A stretch of 64,000 nucleotides of DNA from an uncultured Actinomycetota bacterium (lineage in GTDB: Bacteria; Actinomycetota; Actinomycetes; Mycobacteriales; QHCD01): positions 194,871 to 258,870 of the forward strand of contig CAWHER010000003.1 of assembly GCA_963828605.1 (NCBI GenBank), read 5' to 3'. Of this stretch, positions 35,310 through 45,253 are shown piece after piece (positions within the stretch are counted from its first letter, which is position 1; every line of letters starts with the position of its first letter). The notes under the pieces were generated by a model. It did no database searches. It had not been told where the DNA came from and was given only the letters and a program-made list of their open reading frames with translations. Made by a program: the position numbers and the translations under genes.

Positions 35310-36245
35310 ATGCGGATCCATCTCGACACCGACCTCGGCGGGGACACCGACGACACGTGCGCCCTCGCCATGCTGCTCGGCCGGCCGGATGTCGAGTTGG
35401 TGGGAATCACCACCGGCATCGATCCGGGAGGTCGGCGCGCCGGGTATGTCCGGCACTGTCTCGACCTGGCCGGCCGGACCGACATCCCGGTGGTGGCCGG
35501 CGCAGCGGTCTCGCTCAGCACGCTCCGCACCGCGGATCCCCTCATCGACGACGAGCGCTACTGGCCGGCCGGAATCGCTCCCCGTCCGGCGCCGCCGGGC
35601 GCCGCGCTCGACCTGCTGAGTGCCGACATCGACGCCGGGGCGACAGTGGTCGCGATCGGTCCCTACACCAACCTCGCGCTGCTCGAGGTGGCCCGGCCGG
35701 GCAGCCTCGCCCGCGGCCCCGTCGTGCTCATGGGCGGGTGGGTCCGCCCACCTGCCGACGGGTTGCCTGCCTGGGGGCCGGACATGGACTGGAACGTGCA
35801 GTGGGATCCGCAGGCCGCGCGGATCGTCGTGGCCGCCGCCGGGTCACTCACGCTGGCCACCCTGCCGGCGACGATGCAGGCCCAGGTGCGTGCGGCGGAT
35901 CTGCCGAGACTCCGGGCGGCCGGACCGCTGGGCGAACTGCTCGCCCGGCAGTGCGAGGCGCACGGTGCCGACTACGCCATGGGCGAGATGGGCGCCGCAC
36001 ACACCAGCCTGCCCGACGACCTGCTGAACTTCCAGTACGACCCGGTCGCCTGCGCGGTCGCCCTGGGCTGGCCCGGCGCGACCGTCGAGGACATGACGCT
36101 GCGTACGTCGATGGACGGCGACCTGCTGCGATTCGAGCCGGACCCCGCCGGACGGCCCGCCCGGGTCCTCACCGACGTCGACGGGGTGCGGTTCGGCGAG
36201 ACCTGGCTCGCCGCCGTCGAGCACGCCGGCCGCGGCAGGGACTAG
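35310..36245 (+). CDS. nucleoside hydrolase (IUNH family)
   Basis: N-terminal fingerprint HLDTDLGGDTDDTCAL. Intact 311 aa. Confidence 0.85.
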   Translation: MRIHLDTDLGGDTDDTCALAMLLGRPDVELVGITTGIDPGGRRAGYVRHCLDLAGRTDIPVVAGAAVSLSTLRTADPLIDDERYWPAGIAPRPAPPGAALDLLSADIDAGATVVAIGPYTNLALLEVARPGSLARGPVVLMGGWVRPPADGLPAWGPDMDWNVQWDPQAARIVVAAAGSLTLATLPATMQAQVRAADLPRLRAAGPLGELLARQCEAHGADYAMGEMGAAHTSLPDDLLNFQYDPVACAVALGWPGATVEDMTLRTSMDGDLLRFEPDPAGRPARVLTDVDGVRFGETWLAAVEHAGRGRD

Positions 36246-36247
36246 CC

Positions 36248-37405
36248 GTGCTGACGGCGAACCTGCTGCGGCGCGAGGGATCCGACCGGCGGGTCGCCAA
36301 CGCCGAGCTGTTCTTCGACCTCGTCTACGTCTTCGCGGTGACCCAGCTCTCCCACCATCTGCTGGCCCGGTCCACCGTCACCGGCGCGCTGCAGACGGCG
36401 CTGCTGCTGGCGATGGTCTGGCTGGTCTGGATCTACACGACCTGGGTCACCAACTGGCTGGATCCCGAACGGATGCCGGTCCGGCTGATGCTGATGGTCC
36501 TGACGCTCGCCGGCCTGGTGCTCTCGGCCGGCCTGCCCGAGGCGTTCGGCGACCGTGGCCTGTGGGTCGGCGGGGCGTACGCGGTCATGCAGATCGGGCG
36601 GAGCGCATTCGCGGTCGCCGGGCTCGCCGATCACCGGCTGCAGCGCAACTTCGAACGGATCCTCGCATGGTGCGTGCTCAGCGGCGCCCTGGCGGTCCTC
36701 GGTGGCGTCGCCCACGGGGACGCCCGGGCCGGATTCTGGGTCGGTGCGGTCGCCGTCGACCTGCTCGGCGGCATGGTCGGCTTCGCGACACCCTGGCTCG
36801 GCCGGTCCACGACCGCGGACTGGACCATCTCGGGCAGCCACCTCGCCGAGCGGTGCCAGGCGTTCATCCTGATCGCGCTCGGCGAGTCGGTGGTGGTGAT
36901 CGGCAGCACCGTGTCCGGCCTCCCCGAGGTCACCGGCGCGGAGATCGGCGCCCTCCTCGCCGCGTTCGTCGGTGTGGTCGCGCTGTGGTGGATCTACTTC
37001 GACCGCAGCGCCGCCGCCGGCGCACGGACGGTCGATGCGTCCTCGGACCCCGGGCGGCTCGGACGCTCGGCGTACCACCTCATCCACCCCGTCATGGTCG
37101 CCGGAATCATCGTGACCGCGGCCGCCGACGAGCGCGTGCTCACCGAGCCGTCGGCGACGGTCAGCACCTCGACGGCGTACCTGATCCTCGGCGGGACCGC
37201 GCTCTTCCTGGCCGGGCATGCCGCGTTCAAGGCGACGGTGTGGCGGGTCGTGCCGTGGACGCGGTTGGCCGCGATCGTCGTGCTCGGCCTGCTCGGTATC
37301 GCGGCGACGTCGGTGACCGCGGTGGCGCTGGGGGCCGCGGCCTCGGGGGTCGTCGTCCTCCTCGCGGTGAGCGACCGGCTGCTCCCGGCAACGGCAGCCG
37401 CCTAG
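36248..37405 (+). CDS. low temperature requirement protein A (LtrA) family membrane protein
   Basis: GTG 36248, in frame with ORF 35357..37405. It has ELFFDLVYVFAVTQLSH, AERCQAFILIALGESVVV, and about ten TM helices. Confidence 0.8.
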   Translation: MLTANLLRREGSDRRVANAELFFDLVYVFAVTQLSHHLLARSTVTGALQTALLLAMVWLVWIYTTWVTNWLDPERMPVRLMLMVLTLAGLVLSAGLPEAFGDRGLWVGGAYAVMQIGRSAFAVAGLADHRLQRNFERILAWCVLSGALAVLGGVAHGDARAGFWVGAVAVDLLGGMVGFATPWLGRSTTADWTISGSHLAERCQAFILIALGESVVVIGSTVSGLPEVTGAEIGALLAAFVGVVALWWIYFDRSAAAGARTVDASSDPGRLGRSAYHLIHPVMVAGIIVTAAADERVLTEPSATVSTSTAYLILGGTALFLAGHAAFKATVWRVVPWTRLAAIVVLGLLGIAATSVTAVALGAAASGVVVLLAVSDRLLPATAAA

Positions 37406-37965
37406 TGCGGGGGCGCGTCGGCGGGTGACCACTCGTCGGCGAGCAGCCCGAAGAGCAGGTCGTCAGTCCATTTGCCCTTGATCCAGGTGTGGGCGCGCCG
37501 CCGGCCCTCCAGGGTGAACCCCAGCCGGCGCAGCAGGTTGGCGGACGGCAGGTTGCGGGCGTCGCACTCGGCGGACAGCCGGTGCAGCCGGCGTTCGGCG
37601 ACGAGGTGCTCGACGACCCGGCCGACGGCCTCCGTGGCGTAGCCGTGGCCCTGCTCGGCGGAAGCGAGGGTGAATCCGAGCTCGGCCTGCATCGCGTTGT
37701 CCTGCAGGCACACGCCGACATCGCCGATCACACGGTGGTCCGCCGCCAACTCGACCGCGTACTGGAACCAGCCCGGCTGCCGCGGATCTCCCGCACCGAA
37801 AGCCCTGGCCAGCTCGGTCGCCGCCGCCAGTGACACCGGTGGCGTCCAGGACTGGTAGCGCGCCACGTCCGGGTGTGACCGATAGGCGGCGAGGGCGGCG
37901 GCGTCGTCGGTGCGGAAGCGACGCAGCACGAGTCGCCGGGTCGCCAGCGGCACGTCGGTGTCCAT
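37402..37965 (-). CDS. GNAT family N-acetyltransferase (RimJ/RimL-like)
   Basis: RRLVLRRFRTDDAAALAAYRSHPDVARYQSW..., LGFTLASAEQGHGYATEAV, ECDARNLPSANLLRRLGF. Confidence 0.85.
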   Translation of the reverse strand: MDTDVPLATRRLVLRRFRTDDAAALAAYRSHPDVARYQSWTPPVSLAAATELARAFGAGDPRQPGWFQYAVELAADHRVIGDVGVCLQDNAMQAELGFTLASAEQGHGYATEAVGRVVEHLVAERRLHRLSAECDARNLPSANLLRRLGFTLEGRRRAHTWIKGKWTDDLLFGLLADEWSPADAPPH

Positions 37966-38043
37966 GCTTCAGCTGTATCACCGGAGCCCTCGAAATCGGC
38001 CCGGGTCACAGACCCGCTGGCGTTTCGGGTCGCGCTAGACCCC

Positions 38044-38967
38044 CTACGCCGGGTCGGTCCGGTCGTGGTGCACGGCGACGCCGACGATCACCAAGGCGAT
38101 GCCGGCGACGTCCTGCCCGGTCGGGACCTGGCCGAGCACGACCAGCCCGATGACGGTGGCGAACGCCGGGAGCAGGGCGAGCATCAGCGCAAAGGTGGCC
38201 CGCGGCAGCCGGGCCATCGCGAGCTGGTCGGTCACATAGGGGATCACCGAGGAGCAGATCCCCACGCCGATGCCCCAGAGCAGCCAGACCGGATGGGTGA
38301 ACGCCGGTGCGGCCGAGGCGAGCCCGAAGGGCGTCACCGCGACGGCGGCGATAAGCATCGACACTCCGAGCCGGTCGATGCCACCGGTGGGGACCGCATC
38401 CGGGTCGGCGGCCCCCACATTGGCGATGCGATGTCCGAGGACGACGTAGAGCATGAAGCCCAGGCAGTTCGCGAACGCGAACACGAAGCCCCACGGCTGA
38501 CCCGACAACCGCACGTCGGTCAGCACGAACACACCACCCACCGCGAGGACCAGAGCGACCAGGTTGCGCCGCGTCCGCGCCCCGGCGGCGGCCAGGACCA
38601 CGGTGCCGAGGAACTCGATCGCTCCCACCGTCGAGAGCGGCAGCCGGTCGACGGCGAGGTAGAACAACGAGTTCATCGTCGCGAGGACGACGCCGAGGCC
38701 GAGAAACACCCGGCGTGAGGATCGCTCCGCGCCGCCGAGAATGCGCCACGGCCTGCGCCACAGGGCGAACACCACGGCGGCTGCCGCGATCCGCGGCCAG
38801 GCGACCCCGGGCGCGGTGACGTGGACGAAGAGCAGGACCGCCAGGGATGGGCCGAGGTAGTGGAAGACGGCGCTGGTCACGAAGAAGGAGGTGGCCGGCA
38901 GCCGGGTCACCGTTCGCGCGACCGGTCCCGGCCCGGCCGCCCCGGGGAGTCGGATCGCGGTCGGCAC
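38044..38967 (-). CDS. EamA/DMT family transporter (putative amino-acid/metabolite exporter)
   Basis: GTG 38965-38967 follows GGAGGA. Ten TM helices in two EamA repeats. It is divergent from an Lrp/AsnC gene. The ORF-track start at 39174 would overlap that gene. Confidence 0.8.
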   Translation of the reverse strand: MPTAIRLPGAAGPGPVARTVTRLPATSFFVTSAVFHYLGPSLAVLLFVHVTAPGVAWPRIAAAAVVFALWRRPWRILGGAERSSRRVFLGLGVVLATMNSLFYLAVDRLPLSTVGAIEFLGTVVLAAAGARTRRNLVALVLAVGGVFVLTDVRLSGQPWGFVFAFANCLGFMLYVVLGHRIANVGAADPDAVPTGGIDRLGVSMLIAAVAVTPFGLASAAPAFTHPVWLLWGIGVGICSSVIPYVTDQLAMARLPRATFALMLALLPAFATVIGLVVLGQVPTGQDVAGIALVIVGVAVHHDRTDPA

Positions 38968-39061
38968 GCAGGCTATCCTCCAAGGCACCCGCCCGATCTG
39001 CCATGATCTCTCGATGGCAAAAGGGACTATCTTCCTTGAGATTGGAGGGAAAATCGCCAGA

Positions 39062-39526
39062 ATGGCCTTGAGCAATCCCAGCGCCCTGCTCGACGACATC
39101 AACCGCCGGCTGCTCCGAGAGCTACACGGCGACCCGCGCATGACGATGTCCGCGCTCGCCCGGCGGGTCGGCATGTCCGCCCCGGCGGTGACCGAGCGGG
39201 TACAGCGGATGGAGCGGGCGGGCGTGATCGCCGGCTACCGGATGGAGGTGGACCCCGCCGCCCTCGGGCTGCCGGTCACCGCGTTCGCCCGGATCCGGCC
39301 CGCCGCCGGAGCGCTCCCCAAGATCGCCGAGCTGGCGGCAGCTCTCCCGCAGGTCAGTGAATGCCACCGCATCACCGGCGAGGACTGCTTCCTCGTCAAG
39401 GTCCACGCGCCCGCCATCGAGGATCTGGAAGCGATCCTCGACCGCTTCCTGCTCTACGGGCAGACCGTGACGTCGATCGTGGTGTCCAGCCCGGTGCCGC
39501 CCCGACCGTTGCCCGTCAGCGACTGA
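39062..39526 (+). CDS. Lrp/AsnC family transcriptional regulator
   Basis: ATG 39062. The HTH region is LDDINRRLLRELHGDPRMTMSALARRVGMSAPAVTERVQRMERAGVIAGY, followed by a RAM/ACT-like C-terminal domain. Confidence 0.85.
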   Translation: MALSNPSALLDDINRRLLRELHGDPRMTMSALARRVGMSAPAVTERVQRMERAGVIAGYRMEVDPAALGLPVTAFARIRPAAGALPKIAELAAALPQVSECHRITGEDCFLVKVHAPAIEDLEAILDRFLLYGQTVTSIVVSSPVPPRPLPVSD

Positions 39527-41330
39527 CCGCGGGGACCGTCCACAGGTCGACACCGCCGACGCTGGTGGGCGGCTGCCCGAACACCTTGGTGAAGAGCGCG
39601 ATGACCGCGGGCCGGTTGTCGGTCGGCCCGACGACGACGGTGCGCACCTGCCGCGAGCGCAGCAGGCCGAGGATGGAGTTGCGCACGTCGGACGTGACCG
39701 TGATGGTCCCGGCGTGGGCGATCGCCTCCGACACCGCGTTGGGCCCGCCCCAGTGCAGGCCCGGGACGATCATCCAGCCGTCCATCATCCGGAACCGCAT
39801 GCCGCCGCTGGCCTGCCAGAGCGACGGATGCTCGTTGAGCGGACCGGTGATGTAGGGGACGACGAGAGCGACCGATCCGTCCGGGATCCGGTCCTGCGCG
39901 GCGGTGGTGAAGAACGCCGGGATCGGGACGGTCGTGATGCGCAAGCCGCCGGGGACCAGCGACAGCACGACGGCGGCGACCAACCCCGCGCCCGCGAGCC
40001 GCCACCAGAGCTGACGGGCCCGCACCACCTCGTCCACGAACACCGCGACCAGGAGCGCGGTGAAGAACGCGATCACGAGGCTCACCCGGCCGGGTAGCAG
40101 GTTCTCCAGCAAGGGCAGCCGGGCCAGCGCCGCCCACGGCAGCGGGACGCTCGTGTGACCGTTGATGTGCAGGTGCGGCCCGAGGGAGAGGATCAGGAGC
40201 CCGACGACGAGAAGGGCGGCGACCGGAACGACGGGCCGGCGCCGCCAGGTCGTGACCACTACGACGAGGAGCAACAGGACCAGGGGTATCCCGAGATAGC
40301 CGGTCCATTCCGAGGCGTTGCCGGTGAACGTCGGGTGTCCGACCCCCAGATCGAGCCACTGGTTGATCGGCCAGATCAGGTTGAGCAGGTCGGTCGAGTA
40401 GGTACCCGGGGAGTGCGCACCGGGCGCCTTCTGCGGCCCGCGCAACTGCACGTAGAGCGGGTATCCGGCGAGGACGACGAAGACGACCGCCGCGCAGACG
40501 GCGCCGCCGACCGCGTACCCGACTCGGGACCGGACGGCGCGCGGATGCAGCAGGCAGAGGATCAGCACCGCCCCGACTGCGGCCACCACCTCGATGGCCA
40601 GCACCTCTTCGCTGGTCAGCAGCTGGCACGCCGCCACCACCCCCAGCAGCCCGCCGATGAGCCAGGAACGGCGCCGCTGCCGCACCAGCAGTTCGTCCAC
40701 CAGCACCACCGTCACCGGCACCAGCGCGAGCAGCACCAGATGCAGGTGACCCGAGGTGTGCAACATGATGAACGGGCAGAAGGCGAAGACGAGGGCGCCG
40801 ACGCCGGCGGCCAGGCGGCTGTCGACGTACCGGTGCAGGGCCCAGTAGCTGGTGGCCGACGTGACCACCGGCCCGCCGACGATCAGCAGGTTGTAGCTGA
40901 CCACCGGACCGGACAGGGCAGTGATCGGCGACATGAGCACCGCGGGGAGCACCACCGAGGTGTTCCACATGAGGTTGGTGCCCTGCGGGAAGAGCTGATA
41001 GGTGCTCACCAGCGGGTTGTGGCCGTGCAGGATCGCCTGCGGGATCGCGTGCGGCATCCACCCCAGGAACCACATGAAGTACTCCGGGTCGCCGACGTTG
41101 CCCCGCCAGCTGTCCCCCGATCCCCACAGCCCGCTGCCGAAATAGGCGAGGCTGATCGCGGCGGCGACCACGACCACCACCAGCAGTGGCCAGGCCCGCC
41201 GGAAGGTCCCGCCCCGCGGGGGCGACGGGTCGACCGTGCCCTCCGACCCGGCCGCGGTGGGGGTCTCGACCGGCGACGCGCCGACGCCGCCGAGCCGCTC
41301 GTCTGCGTCCGACCTCTCTTGCATCGCCAT
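39516..41330 (-). CDS. large polytopic membrane protein, paralog A (GT-C-like architecture, function unknown)
   Basis: ATG 41328-41330 (MAMQERSD...). About 12 TM helices, a conserved first-loop motif GDPEYFMWFLGWMPHAI, and a soluble C-terminal domain of about 130 aa. Intact 604 aa. It is roughly 70% identical by eye to the adjacent paralog. Confidence 0.6.
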   Translation of the reverse strand: MAMQERSDADERLGGVGASPVETPTAAGSEGTVDPSPPRGGTFRRAWPLLVVVVVAAAISLAYFGSGLWGSGDSWRGNVGDPEYFMWFLGWMPHAIPQAILHGHNPLVSTYQLFPQGTNLMWNTSVVLPAVLMSPITALSGPVVSYNLLIVGGPVVTSATSYWALHRYVDSRLAAGVGALVFAFCPFIMLHTSGHLHLVLLALVPVTVVLVDELLVRQRRRSWLIGGLLGVVAACQLLTSEEVLAIEVVAAVGAVLILCLLHPRAVRSRVGYAVGGAVCAAVVFVVLAGYPLYVQLRGPQKAPGAHSPGTYSTDLLNLIWPINQWLDLGVGHPTFTGNASEWTGYLGIPLVLLLLVVVVTTWRRRPVVPVAALLVVGLLILSLGPHLHINGHTSVPLPWAALARLPLLENLLPGRVSLVIAFFTALLVAVFVDEVVRARQLWWRLAGAGLVAAVVLSLVPGGLRITTVPIPAFFTTAAQDRIPDGSVALVVPYITGPLNEHPSLWQASGGMRFRMMDGWMIVPGLHWGGPNAVSEAIAHAGTITVTSDVRNSILGLLRSRQVRTVVVGPTDNRPAVIALFTKVFGQPPTSVGGVDLWTVPAVSR

Positions 41331-41368
41331 CCCTACGAGGTACCGAGATTGCCCCCACTTGAGGGCAG

Positions 41369-41396
41369 ACCCTAACAAGCGCAACGGGAGGTCAGC
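41369..41396 (-). promoter_or_regulatory. predicted promoter of paralog A (GCTGAC-N16-TAGGGT)
   Basis: On the minus strand, a -35-like GCTGAC (41391-41396) and a -10-like TAGGGT (41369-41374). The same hexamers and spacing recur upstream of paralog B. Confidence 0.3.
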
Positions 41397-41459
41397 GGCC
41401 TCCACGGCCCGGTTGGGGTCGACGAGCGGGTTCCGGCCCCGCCACCGGCCCCCGGCCGG

Positions 41460-43282
41460 TCAGCGGACAGCAGCGGGGACGGTCCACAGCTGCACCCCGC
41501 CGACGGTGGTGGGAGGCCGCTCGAACACCTCGGTGAACAGCGCGACGACCGCGGACCGGTCGCTGGTCGGCCCCACGATCACGGTCCGGACCCGCCGCGA
41601 TCGCAGCGCGTCGACGAGGGTGTCGCGGATGGCCGGGCTGACGGTGATCGACGCGGCGTGGTCGATCGCCTCGGAGACCGGGTTGGGTCCCCCCAGTGCA
41701 GGCCGGGAGCGATCATCCAGCCGTCGACCATCCGGAAGCGCATCCCGCCGTTGGCCTGCCACAGTGACGCCTGCTCGTTGCGCGGACCCTCGATGTAGGG
41801 GACCACCAGCGCGACCGACCCGGCCGGGATCCGGTTCTGGGCGGCGCTGGTGAAGAACGCCGGGGTGGGGATCCGCGTCAGGTGCAGCCCGCCGGGGATC
41901 ATCGACACCGCGACGACGGCCACCAGGGCGGCACCGGCGAACGTCCACCGGGAACGCCCGGCCCGCATGATCTCGTCGACGAACACCGCGATCAGCAGCG
42001 CGACGAGGAAGGCGATCGCGACGCTCAGCCGGCCGGGCAGCAGATTGCTCAGGAGCGGCACGTGGGCCAGACCCGACCACGGCAGCGGGACGACCTTGTG
42101 GCCGTCGACGTGCAGGTGCGGTCCGAAGGAGAGCACCTCGAGCACGAGCACGACTAGGGCGACGACGGGCACGAAGGGCCGGCGGCGCCGGGCGATGACG
42201 ACGACCGCCACGAGCAGCACGAGCAGCGGAATGCCGAGGTAGGCGGTCCACTCCGAGTTGTTGCCCGTGAACCCCGGGTCGCTCTTCACCCCGAAGTCGA
42301 CCCACTGGTTGATCGGCCACACCAGGTTGAGCAGGTCGGTCGAGTAGGCCTCGGGGGAATGGACCCCGGGTGCCCGGCGGGGTCCGAGCAGCTGCACGTA
42401 GAGCGGATATCCGGCCAGGACGAGGAAGGTCACCGCGGCACAGGCGGCGCCGCCGAGGGCGTAGCCGACCCTCGACCGGACGCCGTGGCGATTCACCAGA
42501 CACAGCACGATGAGCGCGACGGCACCGGCCACCATCTCGATGACCAGCACCTCCTCACTGGTCAGCAACTGGCACGCGGCGACGATCCCGAGCAGGCCGC
42601 CGACCAGCCAGGAGCGGCGCCGCTGCCGGACCACCAGCTCGTCCACCAGCACCAGCGTCACCGGCGTCAGAGCGAGCAGCGCCATGTGCACGTGCCCGGC
42701 CGGGCCGTGCGTGACCGCGAACGGGGAGAACGCGAACGCCAGCGCACCCAGCCCGGCGGCCAGGCGGCTTCCGACGTAGCGGCGGAATGCCCAGTAGCTC
42801 GTGGCCGTGGTGACCACCGGTCCCAGCACGACGAGCAGGTTGTAGCTCACCACCGGCCCGGCCAGCACCGTGATCGGCGACATGAGCAACGCCGGGAGCA
42901 CCACCGAGGTGTTCCACATCAGGTTCATGCCGCGCGGGAAGAGCTGGTAGTCGCTCACCAGCGGGTTGTGACCGTGCAGGATCGCCTGCGGGATCGCGTG
43001 CGGCATCCACGCCAGGAACCACATGAACTGCTCGGGGTCGCCGGAGTTGCCCCGCCAGGCGTCACCGCCGGCCCACAGACCGCTCCCGAGGTAGACGAAG
43101 CTGAAGCCGGCCGCGATCACCGTGACCAGGAGCACCGGCCACGCCCGGGCGAGCGGTCGACGCGGGATGGGAGGCGATTCGACGACCGGGGTCGATGCGG
43201 ACTCGATCGCCGAGACGCCACCGGGACGCGGGCTCCCGGCGGCGGGACGCTGCTGCGCGTCCGACGTGTCCTGCATCGCCAT
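41460..43282 (-). pseudogene. large polytopic membrane protein, paralog B, single frameshift
   Basis: MAMQDTSD... with GDPEQFMWFLAWMPHAI in ORF 41579..43282. The C-terminal 80 aa (GGPNPVSEAIDHAASITVSPAIRDTLVDALRSRRVRTVIVGPTSDRSAVVALFTEVFERPPTTVGGVQLWTVPAAVR*) are in ORF 41460..42503. The switch is in the C6 run 41689-41694. Confidence 0.6.
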
Positions 43283-43321
43283 CCCTACGAGGTGCCCGGC
43301 TTGCCTCCGCTTGAGGTCCAG

Positions 43322-43349
43322 ACCCTAACAAGGCCGACCGATCGTCAGC
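43322..43349 (-). promoter_or_regulatory. predicted promoter of paralog B (GCTGAC-N16-TAGGGT)
   Basis: On the minus strand, GCTGAC (43344-43349) and TAGGGT (43322-43327). This is a duplicate of the paralog A arrangement. Confidence 0.3.
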
Positions 43350-43421
43350 GGCGTCCACCGCATAAGCTGCTCCCCCGGTGGAGTGCCGCCGCCCGACCGC
43401 ACACCGTCAGGAGAATCTGCC

Positions 43422-45223
43422 GTGCCTCCGGTTCCCCGCAACGAGTACCCGCGACCCAGTTCCGGCGCGACGAATGGCTCTGCCTCAACGGCGCGTGGCA
43501 GTTCGAGATCGACCGGGGCGACAGCGGGCTGGAGCGCGGCCTGCGTCGAGCGGCCACTGAGCGAGCAGATCGTCGTCCCGTTCTGCCCCGAGTCGGCGCT
43601 GTCGGGCATCGGCAACGCCGACTTCCTCAACGCCGTCTGGTATCGCCGCGAGGTGACGATCCCGGCGCGCTGGGCCGGCCGGCGGGTGCTGCTGCACTTC
43701 CAGGCGGTGGACTACGACGCCACGGTCTGGGTCAACGGCGCGGAGGTCGGCCGGCATCGCGGCGGCTTCACGCCGTTCACCTGCGACCTGGCGGCGTCGC
43801 CGGACCGGCGCGAGGTCGACGATCGTCGTGCGGGCGCGCGACAGCCGGCACGGCCCGCAGGCCGCGCGGCAAGCAGTCCGACCTGGTACGCGAACTACGG
43901 CTGCCACTACACGCGCACCACCGGGCATCTGGCAGACGCGTCTGGCTGGAGCCGGTGCCCGCCGTGCACCTGCGCCGGCCCCGGATCACGCCCGGACGTC
44001 GCCGCCGGTGTCCGCTGCAGGTCACCGCTGCATCGTCGGCCGGCCGACCCGGGCACCAGGTGCGCGCGACGCTGCGCGACGACGCCGGGCGCGGTCGCGG
44101 TCGCCGACGGCGGCCGCCGGACCTCGACTTCGCGCCGCAGCTCGACCTGCCGATGCCCGAGCGACCGGCGCCGGCTGTGGTCCCGGAGGACCCGTTTCTG
44201 TACGACTCCGGGCTCGAACTGCTCGACGCGGACGGGCGCGGTGATCGACGCGCGCAGCAGCTATGCCGGCCTGCGACGGTGGCGATCGACGGCAGGCGAT
44301 CCGCATCAACGGCGAGCGCGGTCTTCCAGCGGCTGGTGCTCGACCAGGGCTACTATCCCGACGGCATCCTGACCGCGCCGAGCGACGCGGCGCTGGTCGC
44401 GCGACATCGAGCTGTCGCATGGCGGCCGGGTTCAACGGCGCCCGGCTGCACCAGAAGGTGTTCGAGGAGCGCTTCCTCTACCACGCCGACCGGCTGGGCT
44501 ACCTCGTCTGGGGCGAGTTCCCCGACTGGGGCTGCAACGTGCGGACCGACCGGAGACAACCAGCAGCCCGGCGCGACCTATGTCACCCAGTGGCTGGAGG
44601 CCCTGGAGCGCGACTACTCGCACCCGTCGCATCGTCGGCTGGTGCCCGCTGAACGAGACGCAGCAGCAGCTGCACGACCGCATCACGGTGCTGGACGACG
44701 TGATGCGGGCGATGTTCCTGGCCACCAAGGCGGTGGACCCCACCCGGCCGGTGCTGGACACCTCCGGCTACTCCCACCGGGTGCCCGAGACCGACATCTA
44801 CGACTCGCACGACTACGAGCAGGACCCGGAGACGTTCCGCGGACCAGATGGCCGGGCTGGCCCACGGCACGCCGTACACCAACACCGGGCCCCAGGACAC
44901 GCCGTGGTCGGTGCCCTACCGCGGCCAGCCGTACTTCGTCAGCGAGTTCGGCGGCATCTGGTGGAAGCCCGGAGGCCGACGACGGCGAGTCCTGGGGCTA
45001 CGGCGAGCGCCCGAAGAGCCTGGAGGAGTTCTACGCCGCGGTTCGAGGGCCTCAGCGGTGCGCTGCTGGACGACCCGCGCATGTTCGGCTACTGCTACAC
45101 CCAGCTCACCGACGTCTACCAGGAGCAGAACGGCATCTACGCCTTCGACCGGAGCCGAAGTTCGACCTGGATCGGATCCGGGCCGCCCAGACACGACCGG
45201 CCGCGTTCGAGCGGCGTGATTGA
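43422..45223 (+). pseudogene. glycoside hydrolase family 2-like protein, heavily frameshifted
   Basis: GTG 43422 follows AGGAGA (VPPVPRNEYPRP, then QFRRDEWLCLNGAWQFEID in another frame). The sugar-binding domain is VLLHFQAVDYDATVWVNGAEVGRHRGGFTPFTCDL. TIM-barrel pieces are FNGARLHQKVFEERFLYHADRLGYLVWGEFPDWG and IVGWCPLNE (acid/base NE). The C-terminus KFDLDRIRAAQTRPAAFERRD* ends at 45223. Confidence 0.7.
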
Positions 45224-45253
45224 CGCGGGGTGTCCAACTGCGACGATGAGGGC

